A stretch of 37,221 nucleotides of DNA from a virus. Its lineage: Duplodnaviria; Caudoviricetes. Made by a program: the position numbers and the translations under genes. Positions 9,705-17,617 of this stretch are shown one piece after another. The notes beneath the pieces were generated by a model. The model saw only the letters and a program-made list of their open reading frames with translations. It was not told where the DNA came from and did no database searches. The DNA lies in IMG/VR virus record IMGVR_UViG_3300049924_000369, positions 1 to 37,221 of that record, one strand, 5' to 3'. Numbering within the stretch: the stretch's first letter is position 1; the number at the start of each line of letters is the position of its first letter.

Positions 9705-11152
9705 TCTATCTCCTTCATCAAAGTGTAGGAGCGGTTGACTCCTGGGTTGACACGAAGCGTCCCGGCTTCCCGCAGCATCTCCACGATGCCTTTGAATCGG
9801 ACTGCATTCATTCGTTGACTTGCTCTCTTCACTGCGCTGGTGTGATCCATTGTGCCTCCGCTACGCCTGAGCATGCTGACTATGTAGTCGAGGTCGGCTG
9901 TGATGTTGCCGCCTTCAAGCGCTTTGGCGAGGGTGGGGAGATTCCTGGAGAGGTGCTCCTGAAGGCGAATGCCAAATACTAGGCAAGCTTCACAGACTTG
10001 CTCGAAGCCATGCTCCACGAGGTGAGTGATAAGGGCTAGCTTGAGGACGTGTGTCTGCCTCCTTTGCTGGAGAGCAGTGATGCGCTCGTCAGCCCGCAGG
10101 GTGTCAGTCCACACCCGGTTGTACCATGTATCGTGGAGAGCTTGGGCTGGCGGGCTCAGCGGCAGGCATCCTTGGTAAGTGCCAAGGCGTTTCATGGTGT
10201 CAATGATGTGAGTGCGGGCGCTGGATTCGCCGAAGGAAGGCCATGAGATACACTTGCGGGGCCACTCTTCCTGTACCAGGATCATCCTGTTTAGGAAGCC
10301 CTCGTTCAGCACACTTTGGGCCGCGCTGTCTCGCAGTAGGCTGAGGGTGCTGCCACCCAAGAATGAGACACAAGGATTCTCTATTAGTATGTACGACTCC
10401 CCTGTTCGCTTCTTGAAGTCAAACGACTTGTCATCCATGGCTCGCATCAGTAGCAGTGGGAGATCCTCTTTGAACGATTGCTTGCCCATGCTAAACGAGA
10501 ACTCAGGCATGCTGATGAACTGGTGGCTGCACTGCACAAGGGAGTCTGCAAGGCCGCTGGCCGTTGGCGACTCAGGGGCCACTGGGCACAAGCCTGCATC
10601 CGCTACATAGTCACGCGCCTCATTCACCACAGTACTCTTCTTCAGCATGCCGGTGCGACCTATGAGAAAGATACTGAGATTGGTATACAAACCCCTTCCA
10701 AATGGCAGGAATACCCTACGCCCACAGGCCGACCCATAAGCGGCCAGCGCACTACTCAGTATGTACGACGAAGGAGCCTCGCAGTTGTGCATATTGGTCA
10801 TGTAGGCTTCTATGGCCCCACCCTTAGGAATCAGCGACCACAGCTTGGCTTCATCGTCCTGTCCAGGTAACACACCTGCTTCTTCTGACTCTGCCACTTT
10901 GCCCTGCATGCGCAGAACGACTTGGGCTTCGGTCATGTCATAGGTGAGGCAGGTGGCACCTAGGAGGCGGCTGCGCAGTTCAGGGTAGCCTGGCGGAAAG
11001 TCCCTCAGCCAGTTCAACAAAGTCTGAAACAAGCCTGGGTTGACACGTTGCCCCTCCTTGTGCGCCTTCAAGTGTATCAACAGAATGCGGACATGCTCCT
11101 CCAATGTCTCTGTGTTGAACTTGCGTGGAGCGGTTGCGCTTCCAGTGCTCAT
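9701..11152 (-). CDS. DUF3987/YfjI-like helicase-type ATPase (no primase domain visible)
   Basis: NLSIFLIGRTGMLKKST (Walker A-like), MPEF, NPCVSFLGGST, EGFLNRMILV and a C-terminal wHTH-like segment; GGAGGA SD before ATG 11152. Confidence 0.8.
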   Translation of the reverse strand: MSTGSATAPRKFNTETLEEHVRILLIHLKAHKEGQRVNPGLFQTLLNWLRDFPPGYPELRSRLLGATCLTYDMTEAQVVLRMQGKVAESEEAGVLPGQDDEAKLWSLIPKGGAIEAYMTNMHNCEAPSSYILSSALAAYGSACGRRVFLPFGRGLYTNLSIFLIGRTGMLKKSTVVNEARDYVADAGLCPVAPESPTASGLADSLVQCSHQFISMPEFSFSMGKQSFKEDLPLLLMRAMDDKSFDFKKRTGESYILIENPCVSFLGGSTLSLLRDSAAQSVLNEGFLNRMILVQEEWPRKCISWPSFGESSARTHIIDTMKRLGTYQGCLPLSPPAQALHDTWYNRVWTDTLRADERITALQQRRQTHVLKLALITHLVEHGFEQVCEACLVFGIRLQEHLSRNLPTLAKALEGGNITADLDYIVSMLRRSGGTMDHTSAVKRASQRMNAVRFKGIVEMLREAGTLRVNPGVNRSYTLMKEIE

Positions 11153-13697
11153 AGTCCTCCGGCTTTCCTTTCGGTCCCCAGTCCCACATCTTCGAAACCT
11201 CGGCCTCATGTTGTAAGACTAGGCCATTGAGCCACGTGATGGGCTTGCTCAGGGCAGGTACCACAATGTCTTCGTAGACTTCTTCGATGTCCTGGTCAGT
11301 GCAGTTGAGAGAGATGGCATCGTGTACGCTGAGGATGATCCTGTTTCCCTTCTCTCGCAACCCCCTACGTCTCAACTCGCTGTTGATAGTGAGCATGGCG
11401 TCCATGATAATGAAGGCTTCGGGGGACTGGGCACGACTGTTAATGGCGTCGCTGACCTTGCCGTTGGGAAACCATGTGATGGCACCATTAGGGAGGCGCA
11501 TCATTCCGTGTTGCTTCACTTTGTATTCGATGGAAGACCACGAGTTGCGAAGTTGGGGGTTGCACTGATCCATAAACCACTTTTGTAGCCGTTGGCCTTC
11601 GCTGAGGGGCCAGCCCTGCTGGGCTGCCACTGCCCCCGCTGAGCGCTTGAACAGGAAGCCCAGTGGCACTGACTTAGCCATACGCAGCTTATTGTCACTG
11701 ACTGTCTTCAGCTTACGTGCCTTCGTAAGTGGCATGCCTTCAGTCCAGCCGGTACGGTCAAAGAAAGGCTCGTGCCACAGGTGCTCGTACACTGCACCAT
11801 GGATATAGTGACCCCTGCCGTAGGACTGGACGAAGAAGGGAATGTCGTAGAGGAAGCCGTAGATGGCCAGCTGTGCTGAAGAAAGGTCGCAAGACAAGAT
11901 CCAGTGGCCTGGGTGGTCAGGGATGACAATGCTGCGTAGGGAGCCGATCTTGGCAGGGCGCTCCAGGCCAAGTGGATCGGGGGCGTCACCATCAGGGTTC
12001 TTGGCCCCGCCCCAGTTCGTCACACAACTTTTATTCCAGTTCTGTACGTTGGGCTTGCTGCTCAGCCGGTAGAATTGCTGGCCGTGGGCCTTGAAGTAGG
12101 GATGGATCTTGCCATCTGGGCTGATTCGTTGGAGCACTTCCAGCTTGCCCTCCTCGAAGTTGATGTAGTTGAGAAGGGTCATGAAGCGGCTGGCTTCTTC
12201 GTACTTGGGCTGTTCCTTCTTGGGACGAGATTCTATCCACCTCTGCAAGGTGTCGCGGGCATCTTGGTCCGTCGTCACGCTGCGAACGTACTCTCCATCC
12301 TTGTACTTCTCGTTGTATTGAGTGGGCAGGCCCCACTTGTCGTAGAAGAGTTCCTTGCACTGCTTAGGGCTGTTGAGATTGAAGTTCGGGCCTACGATGG
12401 CAGTGGAGAGAACCTTGGCATACTCAATACGCCACTTGGCAAACTCGCCTATGACAATGGCTTTGCCTAGGTCTATGGTCATGCCCTCACGCCTTATCTC
12501 TTCGTTCAGCCTGAGGATGCCCATGCCATAGTGCTCGAACAGCTCGGTGAGTTGCCACATTTCTAGGCGACGTTCCATCTCTATGCCCGCTTGGGTAGTG
12601 GCCATCACATCGTAAGCGTTGTACAAGCGTCTGTCGCACTTTTCCAAGGAGCGGTCGTAGTATGGGAGGTTGGTGTAGCACGACAAGACGCCCGGCTTCA
12701 GTTTGTGGCTGACATGTGACCGTAGGTACTGCGAGGCAATCATGGTGTCGAAGTATCGGTTGTGTTTGTCTTCCCAGCCTGGGTCATCGTCGTAGAGTGT
12801 GAAGAGGCCGGGGAAGCGGCGCTCCCAGTGGTATCCTTCGTACATGCGATTGTGCTCGTAGCGGGTGATCGAAGAATCTCGTAAAAGATCAACAAGTAGA
12901 CCAAGTTGACTAGGGTTACATACCAACGCTGAGACCCCGTCAGCACTAAGACCGCACATATCAACCACGTAATCGCCACCAATGTAGTCGTCTTCTTCCC
13001 CCACGTCATGCTGGGCCGTCTCGAAGTCGTCGCTGAAGTGCTTGGTTTCTGTGCGGATGTAGGTTGCATAGTCTCGTACCTCGTCGTCCGTTGGAAACAG
13101 GTTGATGGATGGTGTGGGTAGTTTCTTGCCTGCAAGTTGTCCCGCCTTTCGCAAGTCATCTTGGCACGCCAGCTTGTAGTCAGGGAAGCGCATGATGGCA
13201 GCGGGGTGGATGGTACCTATCCACTTCTTGCCATCTCGCACCTCTACGCAGCCCCGCCTCGTGTTTATGTTGGTAGGAGGCTTGTAGAAGATGCCGTGTT
13301 GCTCGTTCAGTGTGCTGTAGGAGCCGATGTTCTCGCGGAAGGCCAAGGCCCCGCTCAGGAGAATGGTGTCAGCCTTGCACTTTGCCAGCTCAGCAGTGAG
13401 GATGGGTTTGCAGTGTGCCACTTCTTCTGGTGTGGGTGTCCTGTTACCAGGTGTAAGACACTTTACCTGATTGGTAACGTACACGTTGTGACGCTTGATG
13501 TTGGCTTCGTAGAGCTGGCGGTTGAAGACACTGCCAGAGGGGCCGACGAAGGGCTGGCCGCTGGCTACCTCTTGTTGGCCGGGGTTCTGGCCGATGTAGA
13601 TGATGGAGGCAGAGTCGCGAGAGCCTTGCCCCCATACTGGGCCGGGGGCATCAGCTAGTGGACATCCTTGACAGTGTGGCAATTTTCCAGGTTTCAC
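10980..13697 (-). CDS. polA: Family A DNA polymerase with N-terminal family-4-like uracil-DNA glycosylase domain and 3'-5' exonuclease domain (SPO1-like architecture)
   Basis: UDG: CQGCPL, IGQNPG, PFVGPSG, TNQVKC, HPAAIMR. Exonuclease: DDFET, HNRMYE, YNAYD. Polymerase: FNLNSPKQ, RLSSKPNVQN, motif A SCDLSSAQL, motif B RMAKSVPLGFLF, motif C SVHDA. Confidence 0.93.
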   Translation of the reverse strand: MKPGKLPHCQGCPLADAPGPVWGQGSRDSASIIYIGQNPGQQEVASGQPFVGPSGSVFNRQLYEANIKRHNVYVTNQVKCLTPGNRTPTPEEVAHCKPILTAELAKCKADTILLSGALAFRENIGSYSTLNEQHGIFYKPPTNINTRRGCVEVRDGKKWIGTIHPAAIMRFPDYKLACQDDLRKAGQLAGKKLPTPSINLFPTDDEVRDYATYIRTETKHFSDDFETAQHDVGEEDDYIGGDYVVDMCGLSADGVSALVCNPSQLGLLVDLLRDSSITRYEHNRMYEGYHWERRFPGLFTLYDDDPGWEDKHNRYFDTMIASQYLRSHVSHKLKPGVLSCYTNLPYYDRSLEKCDRRLYNAYDVMATTQAGIEMERRLEMWQLTELFEHYGMGILRLNEEIRREGMTIDLGKAIVIGEFAKWRIEYAKVLSTAIVGPNFNLNSPKQCKELFYDKWGLPTQYNEKYKDGEYVRSVTTDQDARDTLQRWIESRPKKEQPKYEEASRFMTLLNYINFEEGKLEVLQRISPDGKIHPYFKAHGQQFYRLSSKPNVQNWNKSCVTNWGGAKNPDGDAPDPLGLERPAKIGSLRSIVIPDHPGHWILSCDLSSAQLAIYGFLYDIPFFVQSYGRGHYIHGAVYEHLWHEPFFDRTGWTEGMPLTKARKLKTVSDNKLRMAKSVPLGFLFKRSAGAVAAQQGWPLSEGQRLQKWFMDQCNPQLRNSWSSIEYKVKQHGMMRLPNGAITWFPNGKVSDAINSRAQSPEAFIIMDAMLTINSELRRRGLREKGNRIILSVHDAISLNCTDQDIEEVYEDIVVPALSKPITWLNGLVLQHEAEVSKMWDWGPKGKPEDYEHWKRNRSTQVQHRDIGGACPHSVDTLEGAQGGATCQPRLVSDFVELAEGLSARLP

Positions 13698-13698
13698 T

Positions 13699-13842
13699 TT
13701 ACCGTCCTACGTGGATGTGTGGCAGTCGTCTGTACCCCAAAAACACTCCCAGCAACCACAGTACCACTGCCACTACCACGACAATGTTGAGTAGTAGGAT
13801 ACCTATGACTATGAGAGTGATCACGAGTGTGATTAGGTCCAT
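13699..13842 (-). CDS. Small membrane protein, resembles Thivi_2564 family
   Basis: MDLITLVITLIVIGILLLNIVVVVAVVLWLLGVFLGYRRLPHIHVGR; AAGGA SD. Family similarity is recalled, not searched. Confidence 0.6.
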   Translation of the reverse strand: MDLITLVITLIVIGILLLNIVVVVAVVLWLLGVFLGYRRLPHIHVGR

Positions 13843-13883
13843 TTAGTTTCCTTCTTTTTCGGCAGCTTCGTAATTCATAAGCT

Positions 13884-14084
13884 TTACTCCTGTTCGACTT
13901 GAGCTACGCGCTGTGCCATCGCTTGTCCATCTGCGAATAGTAAGTGGATTAGGTCAATTGCAGCGTGGCTTGGACACTTGGCTAGGTAGGTCCACAGTAT
14001 CTGGATGTCTGGTGGCATCTCAGCAAGGGTACGCCCGCCACCCTTTTGGGCTTCGTAGATGGCAAAGAGTTCAGTGGCTGTCAT
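13884..14084 (-). CDS. Hypothetical protein (MTATELFAIYEAQKGG...)
   Basis: AGGAGG SD before ATG 14084. Confidence 0.6.
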   Translation of the reverse strand: MTATELFAIYEAQKGGGRTLAEMPPDIQILWTYLAKCPSHAAIDLIHLLFADGQAMAQRVAQVEQE

Positions 14085-14095
14085 TGTTGTGCCTC

Positions 14096-14434
14096 CTACT
14101 CGGCTTGCTTTAATTTGTCTTTCACGTTGAGCATAGGGAAGCCGCAAATATCAAGCGGATAGTTAGATATTTCCCGCCAAACCTCAGCCCGCACCCGCTT
14201 ATCGTGCTCAGCAAGTGCCCCGCCGTGTTTGCTGAGTACTCTCTGTGCGAATCGACATTCAGCACATTCACAATTAGGTGTAAAGGCCATAGTGCCTTTT
14301 AACGCAGCCTCCAACGCAGCGCGGTGCTTGAATTGTGGGTGTTCTCTGCACAGAGCACTATGAATCTTCAACTCCTCAAGAGTTCCCGCGAACTCACAAA
14401 ACAGGCATCTAACAGCGTCTACAATCCACAACAT
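14096..14434 (-). CDS. Hypothetical Cys-rich (possible Zn-binding) protein
   Basis: CLFC...HSALCREH and CECAEC motifs; AAGGAG SD. Confidence 0.6.
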   Translation of the reverse strand: MLWIVDAVRCLFCEFAGTLEELKIHSALCREHPQFKHRAALEAALKGTMAFTPNCECAECRFAQRVLSKHGGALAEHDKRVRAEVWREISNYPLDICGFPMLNVKDKLKQAE

Positions 14435-14455
14435 TTCTTGTCTCCTTTGATTTCA

Positions 14456-14668
14456 CTAGCGCTCGCTGTCGTTACTCAGCAACGCAAGCGTCTCAGCTAT
14501 ACGCACAAGGCCGAATGTGAGCATGGTAGTACAGTACAAGAAGGTAGAAGAGAGTAAGTGGCCATCGTGTGATGCTACCTGTTCCTTACCCAATTCACGT
14601 GCTTGCGTTTCCATTACACGTAGTAACGTTTCAGATGTCAAGGTGTCAACCTCCTTCCCACTCCCCAC
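14456..14668 (-). CDS. Hypothetical protein
   Basis: 70-aa ORF collinear with the operon; start position uncertain. Confidence 0.4.
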   Translation of the reverse strand: MGSGKEVDTLTSETLLRVMETQARELGKEQVASHDGHLLSSTFLYCTTMLTFGLVRIAETLALLSNDSER

Positions 14669-14705
14669 ACCAACCAGAGAATGAACCCAGCAAAGATACA
14701 GAAAG

Positions 14706-15071
14706 TCATCGCTTGCCTCCCTTGTGGCCGTTGCGCCGCATCTTGTACGAGTGGCGCATGTTAGTGCTTTGAGAGCACAGTTCGAGGTTGAGGTAGTGGC
14801 CGTTGGCCCGGTTCAGGTCCTTGTGATTGACCTGCTGGCCACGACGGGGCCACCTTCCGTTGATGTAGATCCACAAGGCGACGTGCTCCATGACGTGGAA
14901 ACGGTGCCCACCGTGCTGAAAGGTGATGCGGAAGTAACCGTTGCGGTTGGGCTTGGCCAGTAGTTCGCCTGTTTCCTTGCTAAAAGCTTTGCCTCTATGG
15001 TCGAAGCCCACTAGGTTGCGCTCGACTCTGAGGATGAAGGAGGCGTAGGCGGCGATGGAGCGGAGGGTCAC
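14706..15071 (-). CDS. HNH (HNH_3-type) homing endonuclease
   Basis: NGYFRI...HVALW...WP...VNHKDLNRANGHYLNLELCSQSTN; GTG 15071 overlaps the upstream stop (GTGA). Confidence 0.85.
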   Translation of the reverse strand: MTLRSIAAYASFILRVERNLVGFDHRGKAFSKETGELLAKPNRNGYFRITFQHGGHRFHVMEHVALWIYINGRWPRRGQQVNHKDLNRANGHYLNLELCSQSTNMRHSYKMRRNGHKGGKR

Positions 15072-15469
15072 TGGCCTGCCTCCGACTCCTTCCACTCTAT
15101 CCACATTTGGGTGACGCAGAACCATGCGACTTTGGCGAGGCAGTCTTCGGCGGGCTTGGGGCCACGCCCCCGCCTCCACTCTGTGTAAGCTAGAAGGTGG
15201 TCTAGGGCGTGGTTGGCCCGCTCCAACTGGTACTCATCATCCTTGACTCCGTTGCACCAGTTGTCTTTGCCATACTTTGGACGACCTTCGGCGAAGATGT
15301 CAGCGATGCGCTGGAGGGCAACGTGGGGGATGTCGGTGAGGTCGCGGGGGAGCCGGTTTGTCTTGGCCGGGGCGTCGTTGGCTTCTACGTCGTAGACCTT
15401 TCCTGGATATGGATGTTTGTCCTTTGCTATTTCGGATTGGGTCCATGTCTTAGTCTTATGTTCGGCCAT
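15068..15469 (-). CDS. dATP/dGTP diphosphohydrolase-like protein (DUF5664-like)
   Basis: IPHVALQRIADIFAEGRPKYGKDNWCNG...HALDHLLAY...CLAKVAW follows the G-x-x-KY-x-x-x-NW-x-x-G / RHL / HLA-x-x-AW pattern; GGAG SD. Confidence 0.75.
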   Translation of the reverse strand: MAEHKTKTWTQSEIAKDKHPYPGKVYDVEANDAPAKTNRLPRDLTDIPHVALQRIADIFAEGRPKYGKDNWCNGVKDDEYQLERANHALDHLLAYTEWRRGRGPKPAEDCLAKVAWFCVTQMWIEWKESEAGQ

Positions 15470-15470
15470 G

Positions 15471-15680
15471 CTACTCCTCCGTGCCGATGAGATTGTCGCA
15501 CTGACTGACGATGATACGTGCCAGTTGGCGAATGGTTTGAAGTGCGGAGGCTTCTATGGTTTCGCCGCACAGTTGCCATCCGATGGTCTGGAGGCTCTGG
15601 AGGACGACGCCTGTGTTGTTGCGTCTGAAATCTTCGACGGCTTGGCGCTGGTCGATGGTGGCTATGGTGTCTTGGGGCAT
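15471..15680 (-). CDS. Hypothetical protein
   Basis: AAAGGAAGAG SD; abuts the next gene. Confidence 0.6.
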   Translation of the reverse strand: MPQDTIATIDQRQAVEDFRRNNTGVVLQSLQTIGWQLCGETIEASALQTIRQLARIIVSQCDNLIGTEE

Positions 15681-15705
15681 GTTGGTCTCTTCCTTTTAGG
15701 TTGGG

Positions 15706-15733
15706 TTGGGGAGGTCGGCAGTCCCTCCCCCAA
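15706..15733. terminator. GC-rich intergenic hairpin (terminator or processing site)
   Basis: Near-perfect inverted repeat TTGGGGAGG...CCTCCCCCAA downstream of the SSB-like gene; no clear U tract. Confidence 0.35.
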
Positions 15734-15750
15734 TGGTTTGTTGCAGCAGG

Positions 15751-16374
15751 CTAGTGCTGAGTGAAGATGGGCTCCACAGCCGTGATCTTGTTCTGTTTTT
15801 CACCGGTGTCACGGTAGGTGCCGTCCACCTTGGTCTTCTTGGCGGTAAGGATTAGGGTGAGGCGAGCCTCAGGGTTGGTGTTGAAGAAGTCGGCGACGTT
15901 GGTGCCTCGCCAACCTAGCTTGGCAGTGATCTTCTTCAGCTCCTGAAGCCGTTGGATGTAGTACGCCTTGGCTTTCTTGTCGCCTGCCTTCACCAAGGCC
16001 GTCAGGTTTTGGTCCACGAAATCGACGTACTGCACGACGGCGTAGCCGACGTAGGGTTCTTCCTGACAGACCCAGCGCAACATGAACTGTGGCTGTTGGC
16101 CAAAGGGCTGCTCTACAGTAGCGTTGTCGCGTACCCTCTCCAAGGTGGCCATCCAGAAGTCTAGCCTAAAATGGCGCTTGCCAGCTGGGATGACGGCACC
16201 TGCCTCGGGCACCTTCTCAAACAGGTCCTCGTCAATGGTAGTGTCGATTTCGGCGGCTGGTTCACCCTCAGGTGCCGTTGGAACCTCGGGCAGCTCTCCA
16301 AACGAGGGAGGTGCTTCGAGTGGAGGAGGTGGAGCTTCTGGTACTGGCAGAGCATTCAATTCTTCATTTGTCAT
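15751..16374 (-). CDS. Putative single-stranded DNA-binding protein (DUF669-like OB fold)
   Basis: VIPAGKRHFR...QFMLRWVCQEEPYVG...EKQNKIT pattern, Pro/Glu-rich N-terminus, and typical position after Sak4-like ATPase. Confidence 0.6.
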   Translation of the reverse strand: MTNEELNALPVPEAPPPPLEAPPSFGELPEVPTAPEGEPAAEIDTTIDEDLFEKVPEAGAVIPAGKRHFRLDFWMATLERVRDNATVEQPFGQQPQFMLRWVCQEEPYVGYAVVQYVDFVDQNLTALVKAGDKKAKAYYIQRLQELKKITAKLGWRGTNVADFFNTNPEARLTLILTAKKTKVDGTYRDTGEKQNKITAVEPIFTQH

Positions 16375-16604
16375 TGTGGTATATTGCCTTTCTTGTCTGT
16401 AGTGGTGGTTTCTTGTGCTTGCGCACGAAGCTTGTTACTGATTTGGAGGAGGGCGTTCGAGAGGGCCGTCTCCAAAAGCATGTCGATGTTGTCACCCACG
16501 AGGGTGATGGGGCGGCTGTGTGTGAAGTCTCCTGCGGTAAGGGTGATGACACCATCGAAGCTATGGCGTAGGCGTTCACCAGCAATGGTGAGGAGCGTTT
16601 TCAC
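16371..16604 (-). CDS. Hypothetical protein (MKTLLTIAGERLRHSFDG...)
   Basis: AAGGAG SD; GTGA and ATGA overlaps with both neighbours. Confidence 0.6.
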   Translation of the reverse strand: MKTLLTIAGERLRHSFDGVITLTAGDFTHSRPITLVGDNIDMLLETALSNALLQISNKLRAQAQETTTTDKKGNIPQ

Positions 16605-17575
16605 GCTGGCTCCTTTCGTGCTAGCCACGCATCGTAGATGGCTTTGGCTGCGTCCATCCCGCCGTACACATCGGCGATGATGCGACGGCAGTCGGGAAGG
16701 TGGTAGCCGGGGGTGGGGTTTCCTGCTGCATCCACTGGCCTGACTCGGCCAGTACGCTCCTTCACTTCCCAGTAGGCTCCGCTTCCCTTGCTGATTAGCT
16801 CGGGCTTGCTGACCCATATCACTGTTTCACCTAAGAATCGGCTCCTGAGCTGCACATCGAAGACATGTTGGAGAACAGAGACAATCTTGCCGGGTACGTT
16901 AGGTGCACCTTTCACACTGAAGGGCTCCTGCTTCACTTTCACACTGAAGGGCTCCTGCTTCGGTCCGCCTGCTCGTGGGTCTTCCACATAGTCCTTGTCA
17001 ATTTGCTCTGAGCATGTGGCATAGATGAAGATACCACTGTCGCGAAGGGCTCTGAGGTTTCGCAGGATGATGCCTACGCGCTCCTGGGCCGGTGCCCACT
17101 TCCCTGTCTCTTGCATTGTCTTCTCCAGGTTCTCTTCTCCTGGCCCCTTGCTGTAGGTCTGCGTCTCAATGGCCAATTCATGGACCGAATCCACCACCAC
17201 ACTGTTGTACCCCATGGCCTTGATGTTCGAGATGTCGCGCATCAGGATGTTGTAGTGTGAGTGCTCCTGCGTGTTGTAGGAGATGATGTCGATGAATGGG
17301 TAGGGTGGAAAGCGTACCTTTGCCTGACGGTCAAGTGTCAACAGCTTGAAGGCTAGCTCACGCTCCTCCTTGTCGATGGTAACCCACTGGCCTTCGGCTT
17401 TGCGCGTCCTGCGCAACCACATGGTCAGTGGGCAATCGCCCCCCTCGAAGTCCAGCACCAGGACAGGTGGTGGAAGAGTGTGGGCGGCAAGGGTCTTCCA
17501 CGTAGTGGGACCGCCGTAGATTAGCATGCCTAGGGCACGACGGTTGTATGCTCGAAGGAGGTCTTGTGGTATCAA
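16601..17575 (-). CDS. AAA_24/Sak4-like ATPase (recombination/ssDNA annealing)
   Basis: MLIYGGPTTWKTL (variant Walker A), VLVLDFEGG, YNSVVVDSV (Walker B), VFD; GGAGG SD before TTG. Confidence 0.85.
   Translation of the reverse strand: MIPQDLLRAYNRRALGMLIYGGPTTWKTLAAHTLPPPVLVLDFEGGDCPLTMWLRRTRKAEGQWVTIDKEERELAFKLLTLDRQAKVRFPPYPFIDIISYNTQEHSHYNILMRDISNIKAMGYNSVVVDSVHELAIETQTYSKGPGEENLEKTMQETGKWAPAQERVGIILRNLRALRDSGIFIYATCSEQIDKDYVEDPRAGGPKQEPFSVKVKQEPFSVKGAPNVPGKIVSVLQHVFDVQLRSRFLGETVIWVSKPELISKGSGAYWEVKERTGRVRPVDAAGNPTPGYHLPDCRRIIADVYGGMDAAKAIYDAWLARKEPA
16909..16961. repeat. In-frame tandem duplication with 27-bp period
   Basis: CTTTCACACTGAAGGGCTCCTGCTTC occurs at 16909 and 16936, giving KQEPFSVK-V-KQEPFSVK. 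Confidence 0.95.
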
Positions 17576-17617
17576 GTGGCCTCCATGGTGCGGCTAGTTT
17601 GTAGTGTCATAGCTCTT

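Noticed and set aside
10980-11152. Functional C-terminal extension of the polymerase
   Set aside because: It overlaps the helicase start by about 170 nt after the last conserved polymerase motif; probably incidental run-on.
10980-15469. Firm call of a Z-genome (DpoZ/PurZ) system
   Set aside because: No PurZ/adenylosuccinate-synthetase-like or DatZ HD-domain gene is visible in the replication arm.
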